A stretch of DNA of 64,000 nucleotides from Phyllobates terribilis (Eukaryota), in the NCBI RefSeq assembly GCF_046119375.1, contig NW_027362768.1:377022001-377086000 (forward strand). Reading direction: 5' to 3'. The translations under genes were made by a program, and so were the position numbers. The number at the start of each line of letters is the position of its first letter. Positions within the stretch are counted from its first letter, which is position 1. Shown here in pieces: positions 13,701-25,801 of this stretch. Under the pieces are notes generated by a model, which was not told the origin of the DNA, did not search any database, and was given only the letters and a program-made list of their open reading frames with translations.

Positions 13701-16700
13701 GCAGTATTATAGTAGTTATATTCTTGTACATAGGAGCAGTATTATAGTAGTTATATTCTTGTACATAGAGGCAGTATTATAGTAGTTATATTCTTGTACA
13801 TAGGAGCAGTATTATAGTAGTTATATTCTTGTACATAGGAGCAGTATTATAGTAGTTAAATTCCTGTACATAGGGGGCAGTATTATAGTAGTTATATTCT
13901 TGTACATAGGGGCAGTATTATAGTAGTTATATTCTTGTATATAGGAGCAGTATTATAGTAGTTATATTCTTGTACATAGAAGCAGTATTATAGTAGTTAT
14001 ATTCTTGTACATAGGGGGCAGTATTATAATAGTTATATTCTTGTACATAGGAGCAGTATTATAGTAGTTATATTCTTGTACATAGGAGCAGTATTATAGT
14101 AGTTATATTCTTGTACATAGGAGCAGTATTATAGTAGTTATATTCCTGTACATAGGGGGCAGTATTATAGTAGTTATATTCTTGTACATAGGGGGCAGTT
14201 TTATGGTAGTTATATTCTTGTATATAGAGGCAGTATTATAGTAGTTATATTCTTGTACATAGGGGGCAGTATTATAGTAGTTATATTCTTGTACATAGGG
14301 GGCAGTATTATAGTAGTTATATTCTTGTACATAGGAGCAGTATTATAGTAGTTATATTCTTGTACATAGGAGCAGTATTATAGTAGTTATATTCTTGTAC
14401 ATAGGGGGCAGTTTTATGGTAGTTATATTCTTGTATATAGAGGCAGTATTATAGTAGTTATATTCTTGTACATAGGAGCAGTATTATAGTAGTTATATTC
14501 CTGTACATAGGGGCAGTATTATAGTAGTTATATTCTTGTACATAGGGGCAGTATTATAGTAGTTATATTCTTGTACATAGGGGCAGTATTATAGTAGTTA
14601 TATTCTTGTATATAGGAGCAGTATTATAGTAGTTATATTCTTGTACATAGGAGCAGTATTATAGTAGTTATATTCTTGTACATAGGGGGCAGTATTATAA
14701 TAGTTATATTCTTGTACATAGGAGCAGTATTATAGTAGTTATATTCTTGTACATAGGAGCAGTATTATAGTAGTTATATTCTTGTACATAGGAGCAGTAT
14801 TATAGTAGTTATATTCCTGTACATAGGGGGCAGTATTATAGTAGTTATATTCTTGTACATAGGGGGCAGTTTTATGGTATTTATATTCTTGTACATAGGG
14901 AGCAGTATTATAGTAGTTATATTCTTGTACATAGGGGGCAGTTTTATGGTAGTTATATTCTTGTATATAGAGGCAGTATTATAGTAGTTATATTCTTGTA
15001 CATAGGGGGCAGTATTATAGTAGTTATATTCTTGTACATAGGGGGCAGTATTATAGTAGTTATATTCTTGTACATAGGAGCAGTATTATAGTAGTTATAT
15101 TCTTGTACATAGGGGGCAGTTTTATGGTAGTTATATTCTTGTACATAGGAGCAGTATTATAGTAGTTATATTCCTGTACATAGGGGGCAGTATTATAGTA
15201 GTTATATTCTTGTACATAGGGGGCAGTTTTATGGTAGTTATATTCTTGTATATAGAGGGCAGTATTATAGTAGTTATATTCTTGTACATAGGGGGCAGTT
15301 TTATGGTAGTTATATTCTTGTACATAGGGGGCAGTATTATAGTAGTTATATTCTTGTACATAGGGGGCAGTATTATAGTAGTTATATTCTTGTACATAGG
15401 AGCAGTATTATAGTAGTTATATTCTTGTACATAGGGGGCAGTTTTATGGTAGTTATATTCTTGTATATAGAGGCAGTATTATAGTAGTTATATTCTTGTA
15501 CATAGGGGGCAGTATTATAGTAGTTATATTCTTGTACATAGGAGCAGTATTATAGTAGTTATATTCTTGTACATAGGAGCAGTATTATAGTAGTTATATT
15601 CTTGTACATAGGGGGCAGTTTTATGGTAGTTATATTCTTGTATATAGAGGGCAGTATTATAGTAGTTATATTCTTGTACATAGGGGGCAGTATTATAGTA
15701 GTTATATTCTTGTACATAGGGGGCAGTATTATAGTAGTTATATTCTTGTACATAGGGGCAGTATTATAGTAGTTATATTCTTGTACATAGGAGCAGTATT
15801 ATAGCAGTTATATTCTTGTACATAGGGGGGCAGTATTATAGTAGTTATATTCCTGTACATAGGGGCAGTATTTGAGGGTCATACCTGGTTCTTCTTCACT
15901 TTCTGTCTCCATCCTCTCCTCTTCCTCTTCACTATCATAGTTGTAGTTAGGGTCATAAGAAATATACTTCAGGCACAAATCAATGACTGTGGGGACGTAA
16001 GTTGAGATTTCTTTGGGGCAGCGTCTGATGAAGGAGTCCAGAGCCTGGAAACACTGCTCTTGCAGCTCATCATCTTCCACTTTACAGAACCCCACCACTA
16101 GGGGCACTATTCTCTCTAGATGTGGCCCTGGAGAAAGAACAGTTGGGATAATGAGGACTTACACCGCAGGATTAGTTCTATATAACAGGAGAAGGTAACA
16201 ACTTATAATATTCCTATAATATGTGGTGGCATCATGGTGCCCTCCTTACCCAGTCTGTGTCCTGCCTGCAAGCTGACAGCGGCCACACACTGAATATACG
16301 TCCTAGTGGTCGATGTGGATTCGTTCTTTTTAATTTCTGCCACCAGATGTTCTACAAGTTCTGTGAACAGGTTTCCATTGCAGGTTTGCACCAGGTGCCC
16401 CAGCGCCAGCACCGCTCTCTTCCTCACTGCAAGGCGAGGACTGGTGAGCTGCGGCAGGAGACAGCTGAGGATGGAGGGGTGGAAGGAGTAGAGCGCTCCT
16501 CCCAATCTGCTGGGGACATAGAGGAGATGAGAGGGTGGCCACAACAACAACCTCACTAGAAAGAATCATCTCACCTTCCCAACATGTCCGACAATATATC
16601 AAGAGCCTCTAGCTGCACCGCGGCATCATCCTGCTTTCCTATAGCCCCTGTCAGTTGTCCTGTGATCTTCCTGCAGACATTGGTGGCTAAAGTAGAGCCT

Positions 16701-19700
16701 GTAAGAAAACCATAAGAAAAGTATTAATATACATTATAATACTGATCCTGAGTTACATCATGTATTATACTCCAGAGCTGCACTCACTATTCTGCAGGTG
16801 CAGTCACTGTGTACATACATTACATTACAGATCCTGAGTTACCTCCTGTATTATACTCTAGAGCTGCACTCACTATTCTGCTGGTGCAGTTACTCAGTAC
16901 ATACATTACATTACTAATCCTGAGTTACATCCTGTATTATACTCCAGAGCTGCACTCACTATTCTGCTGGTGCAGTCACTGTGTACATACATTACTAATC
17001 CTTAGTTACATCCTGTATTATACTCCAGAGCTGCACTCACTATTCTGCTGGTGCAGTCACTGTGTACATACATTACATTACTGATCCTGAGTTACATCCT
17101 GTATTATACTCCGGAGCTGCACTCACTATTCTGCTGGTGCAGTCACTGTGTACAAACATTACATTACTAATCCTGAGTTACATCCTGTATTATACTCCAG
17201 AGCTGCACTCACTATTCTGCTGGTGCAGTCACTGTGTACATACATTACTAATCCTTAGTTACATCCTGTATTATACTCCAGAGCTGCACTCACTATTCTG
17301 CTGGTGCAGTCACTGTGTACATACATTACATTACTGATCCTGAGTTACATCCTGTATTATACTCCAGAGCTGCACTCACTATTCTGCTGGTGCAGTCACT
17401 GTGTACATACATTACATTACTAATCCTGGGTTACATCCTGTATTATACTCCGGAGCTGCACTCACTATTCTGCTGGTGCAGTCACTGTGTACATACATTA
17501 CATTACTAATTCTGAGTTACATCCTGTATTATACTCCAGAGCTGCACTCACTATTCGGCTGGTGCAGTCACTGTGTACATACATTACATTACTAATCCTG
17601 AGTTACATCCTGTATTATACTCCAGAGCTGCACTCACTATTCTGCTGGTGCAGTCACTGTGTACATACATTACATTACTGATCCTGAGTTACATCCTGTA
17701 TTATACTCCAGAGCTGCACTCACTATTCTGCTGGTGCAGTCACTGTGTACATACATTACATTACTGATCCTGAGTTACATCCTGTATTATACTCCAGAGC
17801 TGCACTCACTATTCTGCTGGTGCAGTCACTGTGTACATACATTGCATTACTGATCCTGAGTTACATCCTGTATTATACTCCAGAGCTGCACTCACTATTC
17901 TGCTGGTGCAGTCACTGTACATACATTACATTACAGATCCTGAGTTACCTCCTGTATTATACTCTAGAGCTGCACTCACTATTCTGCTGGTGCAGTTACT
18001 CAGTACATACATTACATTACTAATCCTGAGTTACATCCTGTATTATACTCCAGAGCTGCACTCACTATTCTGCTGGTGCAGTCACTGTGTACATACATTA
18101 CTAATCCTTAGTTACATCCTGTATTATACTCCAGAGCTGCACTCACTATTCTGCTGGTGCAGTCACTGTGTACATACATTACATTACTGATCCTGAGTTA
18201 CATCCTGTATTATACTCCGGAGCTGCACTCACTATTCTGCTGGTGCAGTCACTGTGTACAAACATTACATTACTAATCCTGAGTTACATCCTGTATTATA
18301 CTCCAGAGCTGCACTCACTATTCTGCTGGTGCAGTCACTGTGTACATACATTACTAATCCTTAGTTACATCCTGTATTATACTCCAGAGCTGCACTCACT
18401 ATTCTGCTGGTGCAGTCACTGTGTACATACATTACATTACTGATCCTGAGTTACATCCTGTATTATACTCCAGAGCTGCACTCACTATTCTGCTGGTGCA
18501 GTCACTGTGTACATACATTACATTACTAATCCTGGGTTACATCCTGTATTATACTCCGGAGCTGCACTCACTATTCTGCTGGTGCAGTCACTGTGTACAT
18601 ACATTACATTACTAATTCTGAGTTACATCCTGTATTATACTCCAGAGCTGCACTCACTATTCGGCTGGTGCAGTCACTGTGTACATACATTACATTACTA
18701 ATCCTGAGTTACATCCTGTATTATACTCCAGAGCTGCACTCACTATTCTGCTGGTGCAGTCACTGTGTACATACATTACATTACTGATCCTGAGTTACAT
18801 CCTGTATTATACTCCAGAGCTGCGCTCACTATTCTGCTGGTGGAGTCACTGTGTACAAACATTACATTACTGATCCTGAGTTAATAATAATAATCTTTAT
18901 TTTTATATAGCGCTAACATATTCCACAGCGCTTTACATACATACATTATCGATGTCCCCATTGGGGCTCACAATCTACATTCCCTATCAGTCTTTGGAGT
19001 GTGCGAGGAAACCAGAGAACCCGGAGGAAACCCACGCAAACATAAGGAGAACATACAAACTCCTTGCAGATGTTGTCCTTGGTGGGATTTACATCACCAA
19101 TAGTCTATGTCTCTCCTCTGATGTATCCCAGCTTTCCCCATTGTTCCCCGGAGTGTACCTGAGCTTGCGGGAGGAAGTTCCAATATAACAGTCTTTAGTC
19201 CGATGCTGCAGATATCTCTCAGCTGTTCCTTCTCGGATAGCATGTTACTGCACAGAGTATCCACAATCATCTCCACCTGATGCTCCTTCACTTTCCCCAC
19301 CAGAGGTCCCAGGCTGCAGAAAGCCACGGGAGACAAAACCAACATTCAAATTTAGGAATACATGACACATGGAGGCAACAAAAAGCCACATAATGTGTAA
19401 CTGATTGGTTATCCTCTACATGTGGGGCTTGTAGGACCTCAATTGTGAATGTATGGTGGAGAACTGGAGATAGCAGGACCTCAACAACTGTGAATGTATG
19501 GTGGAGAACTGGACATAGAGGGGGACCTCAACACCTGTGAATGTATGGTGGAGAACTGAAGAGAGAGGGACCTCAACAACTGTGAATGTATGGTGGAGAA
19601 CTGAAGAGAGAGGGACCTCAGCAACTGTGAATGTATGGTGGAGAACTGAAGAGAGAGGGACCTCAACAACTGTGAATGTATGGTGGAGAACTGAAGAGAG

Positions 19701-21810
19701 AGGGACCTCAACTGTGAATGTATGGTGGAAAACTGAAGATGGAGGGACTTCAACTGTGAATGTATGGTGGAAACTGGAGAGAGAGGAACCTCAGCTGTGA
19801 ATGTATGGTGGAGAACTGAAGATAGAGAGACCTCAACACCTGTGAATGAATGGTGGAGAACTGAAGATAGAGGGACCTCAACAACTGTGAATGTATGGTG
19901 GAGAACTGAAGATAGAGGGACCTCAACAACTGTGAATGTATGGTGGAGAACTGAAGAGAGAGGGACCTCAACAACTGTGAATGTATGGTGGAGAACTGAA
20001 GATAGACGGACCTCAACAACTGTGAATGTATGGTGGCAACTGAAGAGAGAGGGACCTCAACAACTGTGAATGTATGGTGGAGAACTGAAGATAGAGGGAC
20101 CTCAATAACTGTGAATGCATGGTGGAGAACTGAAGATAGAGGGACCTCAACTGTGAATGCATGGTGGAGAACTGAAGAGAGAGGGACCTCAACAACTGTG
20201 AATGTATGGTGGCAACTGAAGAGAGAGGGACCTCAACAACTGTGAATGTATGGTGGAGAACTGAAGATAGAGGGACCTCAATAACTGTGAATGTATGGTG
20301 GAGAACTGAAGATAGACGGACCTCAACAACTGTGAATGTATGGTGGAGAACTGAAGATAGAGGGACCTCAATAACTGTGAATGTATGGTGGAGAACTGAA
20401 GAGAGAGGGACCTCAACACCTGTGAATGTATGGTGGAGAACTGAAGATAGAGGGACCTCAACAATTGTGAATGTATGGTGGAGAACTGAAGAGAGAGGGA
20501 CCTCAACACCTGTGAATGTATGGTGGAGAACTGAAGATAGAGGGACCTCAACAATTGTGAATATATGGTGGAGAACTGAAGAGAGAGAGACCTCAACACC
20601 TGTGAATGTATGGTGGAAACTGAAGATAGAGAGACCTCAACAACTGTGAATGCATGGTGGAGAACTGGATATAGAGGGACCTCAACACCTGTGAATGTAT
20701 GGTGCAGAATTGAAGATAGAGAGACCTCAATAACTATGACTATATGGTGGAGAACTGAAGAGAGAGGGACCTCAACTATGACTGTATGGTGGAAAACTGA
20801 AGATGGAGGGACTTCAACTGTGAATGTATGGTGGAAACTGGAGAGAGAGGAACCTCAACTGTGAATGTATGGTGGAAAGGTGGAGATAGAGGGACCTCAA
20901 CTGTGAATGTGGTGGAGAACTGGAGAGACAGGGACCTCAACTGTGAATATATGGTGGAGAACCGGAAAGCGAGAAGGACCTCAACTGTGAAAGTAGTGTG
21001 GAGAAAAGAGGGTAGAAGAGTATGAAGACCATCAATCATATGTTGGAGCCAATGGGGAAGTCATAAATTTACAGACAATGCCCAAGAGGGCCTCTAAGTC
21101 CCCACACCTCTCTCACCACTTCACTGCTAGGTTCTGCACCTCTCCGTTCTTGTCCTCCAGCAGCTTCAGCAGCATCTTCACCACCCTCCGCTCGCTGTCC
21201 TCATCTAACTTGATGGAGTCCTTCTGCAGCTCCACCATCAGATCATTTGTGGCCATGAACCTTTAAGAGGAAGCAGGAAAGGTGTAAAATCCAATATCTC
21301 CAGGCTATGTGCCCTACGTTTTATCAGTGAGTGGTATGTACTGTTCTCTGTAATCAGCCATGAGAACCTGATTGACCAGGTGACAGATCGAAAGTGCGGA
21401 AATCTCCCTATCCCCCTGACCAGTTATCTCCAGCACTGAGGACCTCTATATACATTAATATCTCATTATAAAGCTCCCGCACTATTATACAGCGGACATT
21501 TTTGTCTGCGAAATTCTGTCTACTTGGTGATCAGTTCTCTACTTAAAGGGCCATTGCTATAAAAATGTCTTCAGTGCAAAAAAAAACAAAACAGGAACGT
21601 GTGATGGGGTCACGCAGGAATGGCGAGCCGCTGTGCCCCCATTATTTCAGCATGAGTTAACAAAGGTTGTAGCATTTATCCCCGTAGCTGTAATCCTACC
21701 TACAGCCCCTGCCCTGCAGTCCCTTCTGAGTCCCCTCCTCACCTGAAGTCCTTGTCACTGGACGTCATCTTCTCCAGCAGGCTGGAGATATGATAGGTGA
21801 CATTGCTCAT
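4776..21810 (-). CDS. CAND2: Cullin-associated NEDD8-dissociated protein 2 (TIP120B), ~1228 aa; coding exons 21743-21810, 21117-21260, 19159-19313, 16575-16698, 16250-16506, 15885-16127, 12551-12843, 12324-12465, 10745-12238, 6223-6318, 5934-6103, 5388-5552, 5168-5275, 4776-5003
   Basis: All 14 exons have GT-AG boundaries and stay in frame (3687 nt). N-terminus [30 protein letters not shown]; 1494-nt HEAT-repeat exon; C-terminus [21 protein letters not shown]...[22 protein letters not shown] and adjacency to RPL32 favour CAND2 over CAND1. Candidate polyA signal at 4631-4636 (minus strand). Confidence 0.93.
6495..10740. repeat. ~40-bp tandem repeat (CTCCCTCTAGTGGTGGCTGTATAAATCTGTATGTAGTGAG), ~105 copies, fills a CAND2 intron
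   Basis: Unit read directly, with 38-41 bp variants. Occupies ~4.25 kb of the 4.43 kb intron 6319-10744. Confidence 0.96.
12885..15870. repeat. ~35-bp AT-rich tandem repeat (GCAGTATTATAGTAGTTATATTCTTGTACATAGG[A/GGG]), ~84 copies, CAND2 intron
   Basis: Unit read directly; the G-run length varies between copies. Source of the [12 protein letters not shown]-type ORFs. Confidence 0.96.
16737..18885. repeat. 86-bp satellite array (~25 copies) in CAND2 intron 3, same family as 32405-49365
   Basis: Unit ACTGATCCTGAGTTACATCCTGTATTATACTCCAGAGCTGCACTCACTATTCTGCTGGTGCAGTCACTGTGTACATACATTACATT. Variant pattern repeats with a 1106-bp offset (e.g. ACAGATCC...TCTAGAG at ~16826 and ~17932). Confidence 0.96.
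19440..20995. repeat. ~41-44-bp tandem repeat (CCTCAACAACTGTGAATGTATGGTGGAGAACTGAAGAGAGAGGGA), ~35 copies, CAND2 intron 2
   Basis: Unit read directly; degenerate at both edges. Confidence 0.94.
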
Positions 21811-22729
21811 GGTGACAGCAGCACTGCAGCCAGTCTACAGGGAATCACAGTGGGACACGAGGGGCTGCAACTTTTGACCCCTGTACAGAGAAAATATGGC
21901 GACGAGAGTCATGTGGGGGTGAGGGGATCGTGTTTGCTGCCCCCTCTTTGGAAGTCACTGGAAAACCTGACACTGCCATGTTATTAATAGATGGTGAGCG
22001 ACATCCAAGGAAAGACCCCTGCTGGACACCAGGCAGAAATACAGGAGGGACCACCACATAATAACAGGGTGATCCTGAAATGTGACACAAAGTAACAACA
22101 AAAGTCAGGAGGATATTAGTAAAAGGTGACCTCACCTGCAACTATCCAGCAAGAGACCAAATAATGACAATAGAAATGAAATGCATAATCTTTAAAATTA
22201 ATTAAATCAATTAATTAAAATAAAAGATACAATGGAGGAGGAGGGTCAGAGCGTAGAAATAACCACAATGTAACTGAATGCACAAAATAACGAATCATTA
22301 CACCCCAGGGAGATACAGCATTGTGATAAAGACCATGGCTGACAATAAAGTGCAAATGGAAACTTGATATTTAACGTGAAAACTGATAATGTGAAAATGC
22401 ATATAAATCAATAATAAATATAACAGCACCATCAAGTCTAAAGCAGTGAAGTGCGTAATATAACCAGATATAATAACTGGGGGATGTGACGGTCTATTAG
22501 CAGCTGCCGATCTGATTAATAAGAACAATGTCAGAAGGTGAATGACATTGTGAATACAGGTGATAAGAGGCAACACAAACCCAGCGCCTCCGAGAACGCC
22601 GAGAGTCCTCCACCTCAACCGCCATCGAGGAAGCAGCACAGGTATGAGAAGGCACAAAACTACTGCCCCCATCATGTAATGGTACAGAAGGTCATTGCAC
22701 ATGATCATTTGGGACAATTTGCAGCATGA

Positions 22730-25663
22730 GTCGTGTATCTAATCCTATCCTGTGTGATACTGCCTGCTGAGCTGTGTATCTAATCCTATCCTGTGTGATA
22801 CTCTCTGCTGAGCTGTGTATCTAATCCTATCCTGTGTGATACTGACTGCTGAGCTGTGTATCTAATCCTATCCTGTGTGATACTGTCTGCTGAGCCGTGT
22901 ATCTAATCCTATCCTGTGTGATACTGTCTGCTGAGCCGTGTATCTAATCCTATCCTGTGTGATACTGCCTGCTGAGCCGTGTATCTAATCCTGTCCTGTG
23001 TGATACTGCCAGCTGAGCCGTGTATCTAATCCTATCCTGTGTGATACCGTCTCCTGAGCAGTGTATCTAATCTTATCCTGTGTGATACTGTCTGCTGAGC
23101 CGTGTATCTGATCCTCTCCTGTGTGATACTGTCTGCTGAGCAGTGTATCTAATCCTATCCTGTGTGATACTGTCTGCTGAGCCGTGTATCTAATCCTATC
23201 CTGTGTGATACTGTCTGCTGAGCCGTGTATCTAATCCTATCCTGTGTGATACTGTCTGCTGAGCCGTGTATCTAATCCTATCCTGTGTGATACTGTCTGC
23301 TGAGCCGTGTATCTAATCCTATCCTGTGTGATACTGTCTGCTGAGCCGTGTATCTAATCCTATCCTGTGTGATACTGTCTGCTGAGCTGTGTATCTAATC
23401 CTATCCTGTGTGATACTGTCTGCTGAGCTGTGTATCTAATCCTATCCTGTGTGATACTGTCTGCTGAGCAGTGTATCTAATCCTATCCTGTGTGATACTG
23501 TCTGCTGAGCCATGTATCTAATCCTCTCCTGTGTGATACTGTCTGCTGAGCTGTGTATCTAATCCTCTCCTGTGTGATACTGTCTGCTGAGCCATGTATC
23601 TAATCCTCTCCTGTGTGATACTGTCTGCTGAGCTGTGTATCTAATCCTATCCTGTGTGATACTGCTGAGCTGTGTATCTAATCCTATCCTGTGTGATACT
23701 GACTGCTGAGCTGTGTATCTAATCCTATCCTGTGTGATACTGTCTGCTGAGCTGTGTATCTAATCCTATCCTGTGTGATACTGTCTGCTGAGCCGTGTAT
23801 CTAATCCTATCCTGTGTGATACTGTCTGCTGAGCTGTGTATCTAATCCTATCTAGTGTGATACTGACTGCTGAGCTGTGTATCTAATCCTATCCTGTGTG
23901 ATACTGACTGCTGAGCTGTGTATCTAATCCTATCCTGTGTGATACTGTCTGCTGAGCTGTGTATCTAATCCTATACTGTGTGATACTGTCTGCTGAGCCA
24001 TGTATCTAATCATATCCTGTGTGATACTGTCTGCTGAGCCGTGTATCTAATCCTATCCTGTGTGATACTGTCTGCTGAGCTGTGTATCTAATCCTATACT
24101 GTGTGATACTGTCTGCTGAGCCATGTATCTAATCATATCCTGTGTGATACTGTCTGCTGAGCCGTGGATCTAATCCTATCCTGTGTGATACTGTCTGCTG
24201 AGCCGTGTATCTAATCCTCTCCTGTGTGATACTGTCTGCTGAGCCGTGTATCTAATCCTATCCTGTGTGATACTGACTGCTGAGCTGTGTATCTAATCCT
24301 ATCCTGTGTGATACTGTCTGCTGAGCCGTGTATCTAATCCTATACTGTGTGATACTGTCTGCTGAGCCGTGTATCTAATCCTCTCCTGTGTGATACTGTC
24401 TGCTGAGCCGTGGATCTAATCCTATCCTGTGTGATACTGTCTGCTGAGCCGTGTATCTAATCCTCTCCTGTGTGATACTGTCTGCTGAGCCGTGTATCTA
24501 ATCATATCCTGTGTGATACTGTCTGCGGAGCTGTGTATCTAATCCTATCATGTGTGATACTGTCTGCTGAGCTGTGTATCTAATCCTATCCTGTGTGATA
24601 CTGTCTGCTGAGCCGTGTATCTAATCCTATCCTGTGTGATACTGTCTGCTGAGCCGTGTATCTAATCCTATCCTGTGTGATACTGTCTGCTGAGCTGTGT
24701 ATCTAATCCTATACTGTGTGATACTGTCTGCTGAGCCGTGTATCTAATCCTATCCTGTGTGATACTGTCTGCTGAGCCGTGTATCTAATCCTCTCCTGTG
24801 TGATACTGTCTGCTGAGCCGTGTATCTAATCCTCTCCTGTGTGATACTGTCTGCTGAGCCGTGTATCTAATCCTCTCCTGTGTGATACTGTCTGCTGAGC
24901 CGTGTATCTAATCCTATCCTGTGTGATACTGTCTGCTGAGCCGTGTATCTAATCCTATCCTGTGTGATACTGTCTGCTGAGCCGTGTATCTAATCCTCTC
25001 CTGTGTGATACTGTCTGCTGAGCCGTGTATCTAATCCTATCCTGTGTGATACTGTCTGCTGAGCTGTGTATCTAATCCTATCCTGTGTGATACTGTCTGC
25101 TGAGCCGTGTATCTAATCCTATTCGGTGTGATATTGTCTGCTGAGCCGTGGATCTAATCCTATCCTGTGTGATACTGTCTGCTGAGCCGTGTATCTAATC
25201 CTCTCCTGTGTGATACTGTCTGCTGAGCCGTGTATCTAATCCTATCCTGTGTGATACTGTCTGCTGAGCCGTGTATCTAATCCTATCCTGTGTGATACTG
25301 TCTGCTGAGCCGTGTATCTAATCCTATCCTGTGTGATACTGTCTGCTGAGCTGTGTATCTAATCCTATCCTGTGTGATACTGTCTGCTGAGCCGTGTATC
25401 TAATCCTATCCTGTGTGATACTGTCTGCTAAGCTGTGTATCTAATCCTCTCCTGTGTGATACTGTCTGCTGAGCCGTGTATCTAATCCTATCCTGTGTGA
25501 TACTCTTTGCTGAGCCGTGTATCTAATCCTATCCGTGTGATACTGTCTGCTGAGCTGTGTATCTAATCCTATCCTGTGTGATACTGTCTGCTGAGCTGTG
25601 TATCTAATCTTATCCTGTGTGATACTGTCTGCTGAGCCATGTATCTAATCCTATCCTGTGTGA
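22730..25663. repeat. 41-bp tandem repeat (CTGTGTGATACTGTCTGCTGAGCCGTGTATCTAATCCTATC), ~71 copies, between the divergent CAND2 and SEC13 5' ends
   Basis: Unit read directly; the array stops abruptly at ...CTGTGTGAT|GTGTGGGCGG at ~25663. Confidence 0.96.
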
Positions 25664-25801
25664 TGTGTGGGCGGAACCTTTGTACTCAGGAAACTTCACC
25701 TACCCGGACCGGAAGCCGCTCTGCACCGCTGGAAGCTGCTGGAGCCGCCGGGAGCTGCCACGTCTGACAGACACCGGAGAGACAGAGAGCAGAGCGACAC
25801 C
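25664..25801 (+). promoter_or_regulatory. Putative SEC13 core promoter/5'UTR (CpG-rich, TATA-less)
   Basis: GGGCGG GC-box at ~25669 and CCGGAAG ETS-type motif at ~25709, within CpG-rich sequence directly upstream of the ATG exon. Confidence 0.55.

Noticed and set aside
22136-22170. Possible non-coding CAND2 exon (minus-strand donor CAG|GTGAG at 22136; acceptor near 21835)
   Set aside because: Splice motifs alone are insufficient and no promoter signature was identified.
22538-22729. Plus-strand ORF/possible exon MNDIVNTGDKRQHKPSASENAESPPPQ...
   Set aside because: No recognisable homology and no partner exons; it lies in the CAND2 upstream region.
6495-25663. CRISPR-like appearance of the 35-44-bp repeats
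   Set aside because: Units are head-to-tail with no unique spacers, no cas genes are present, and the DNA is vertebrate.
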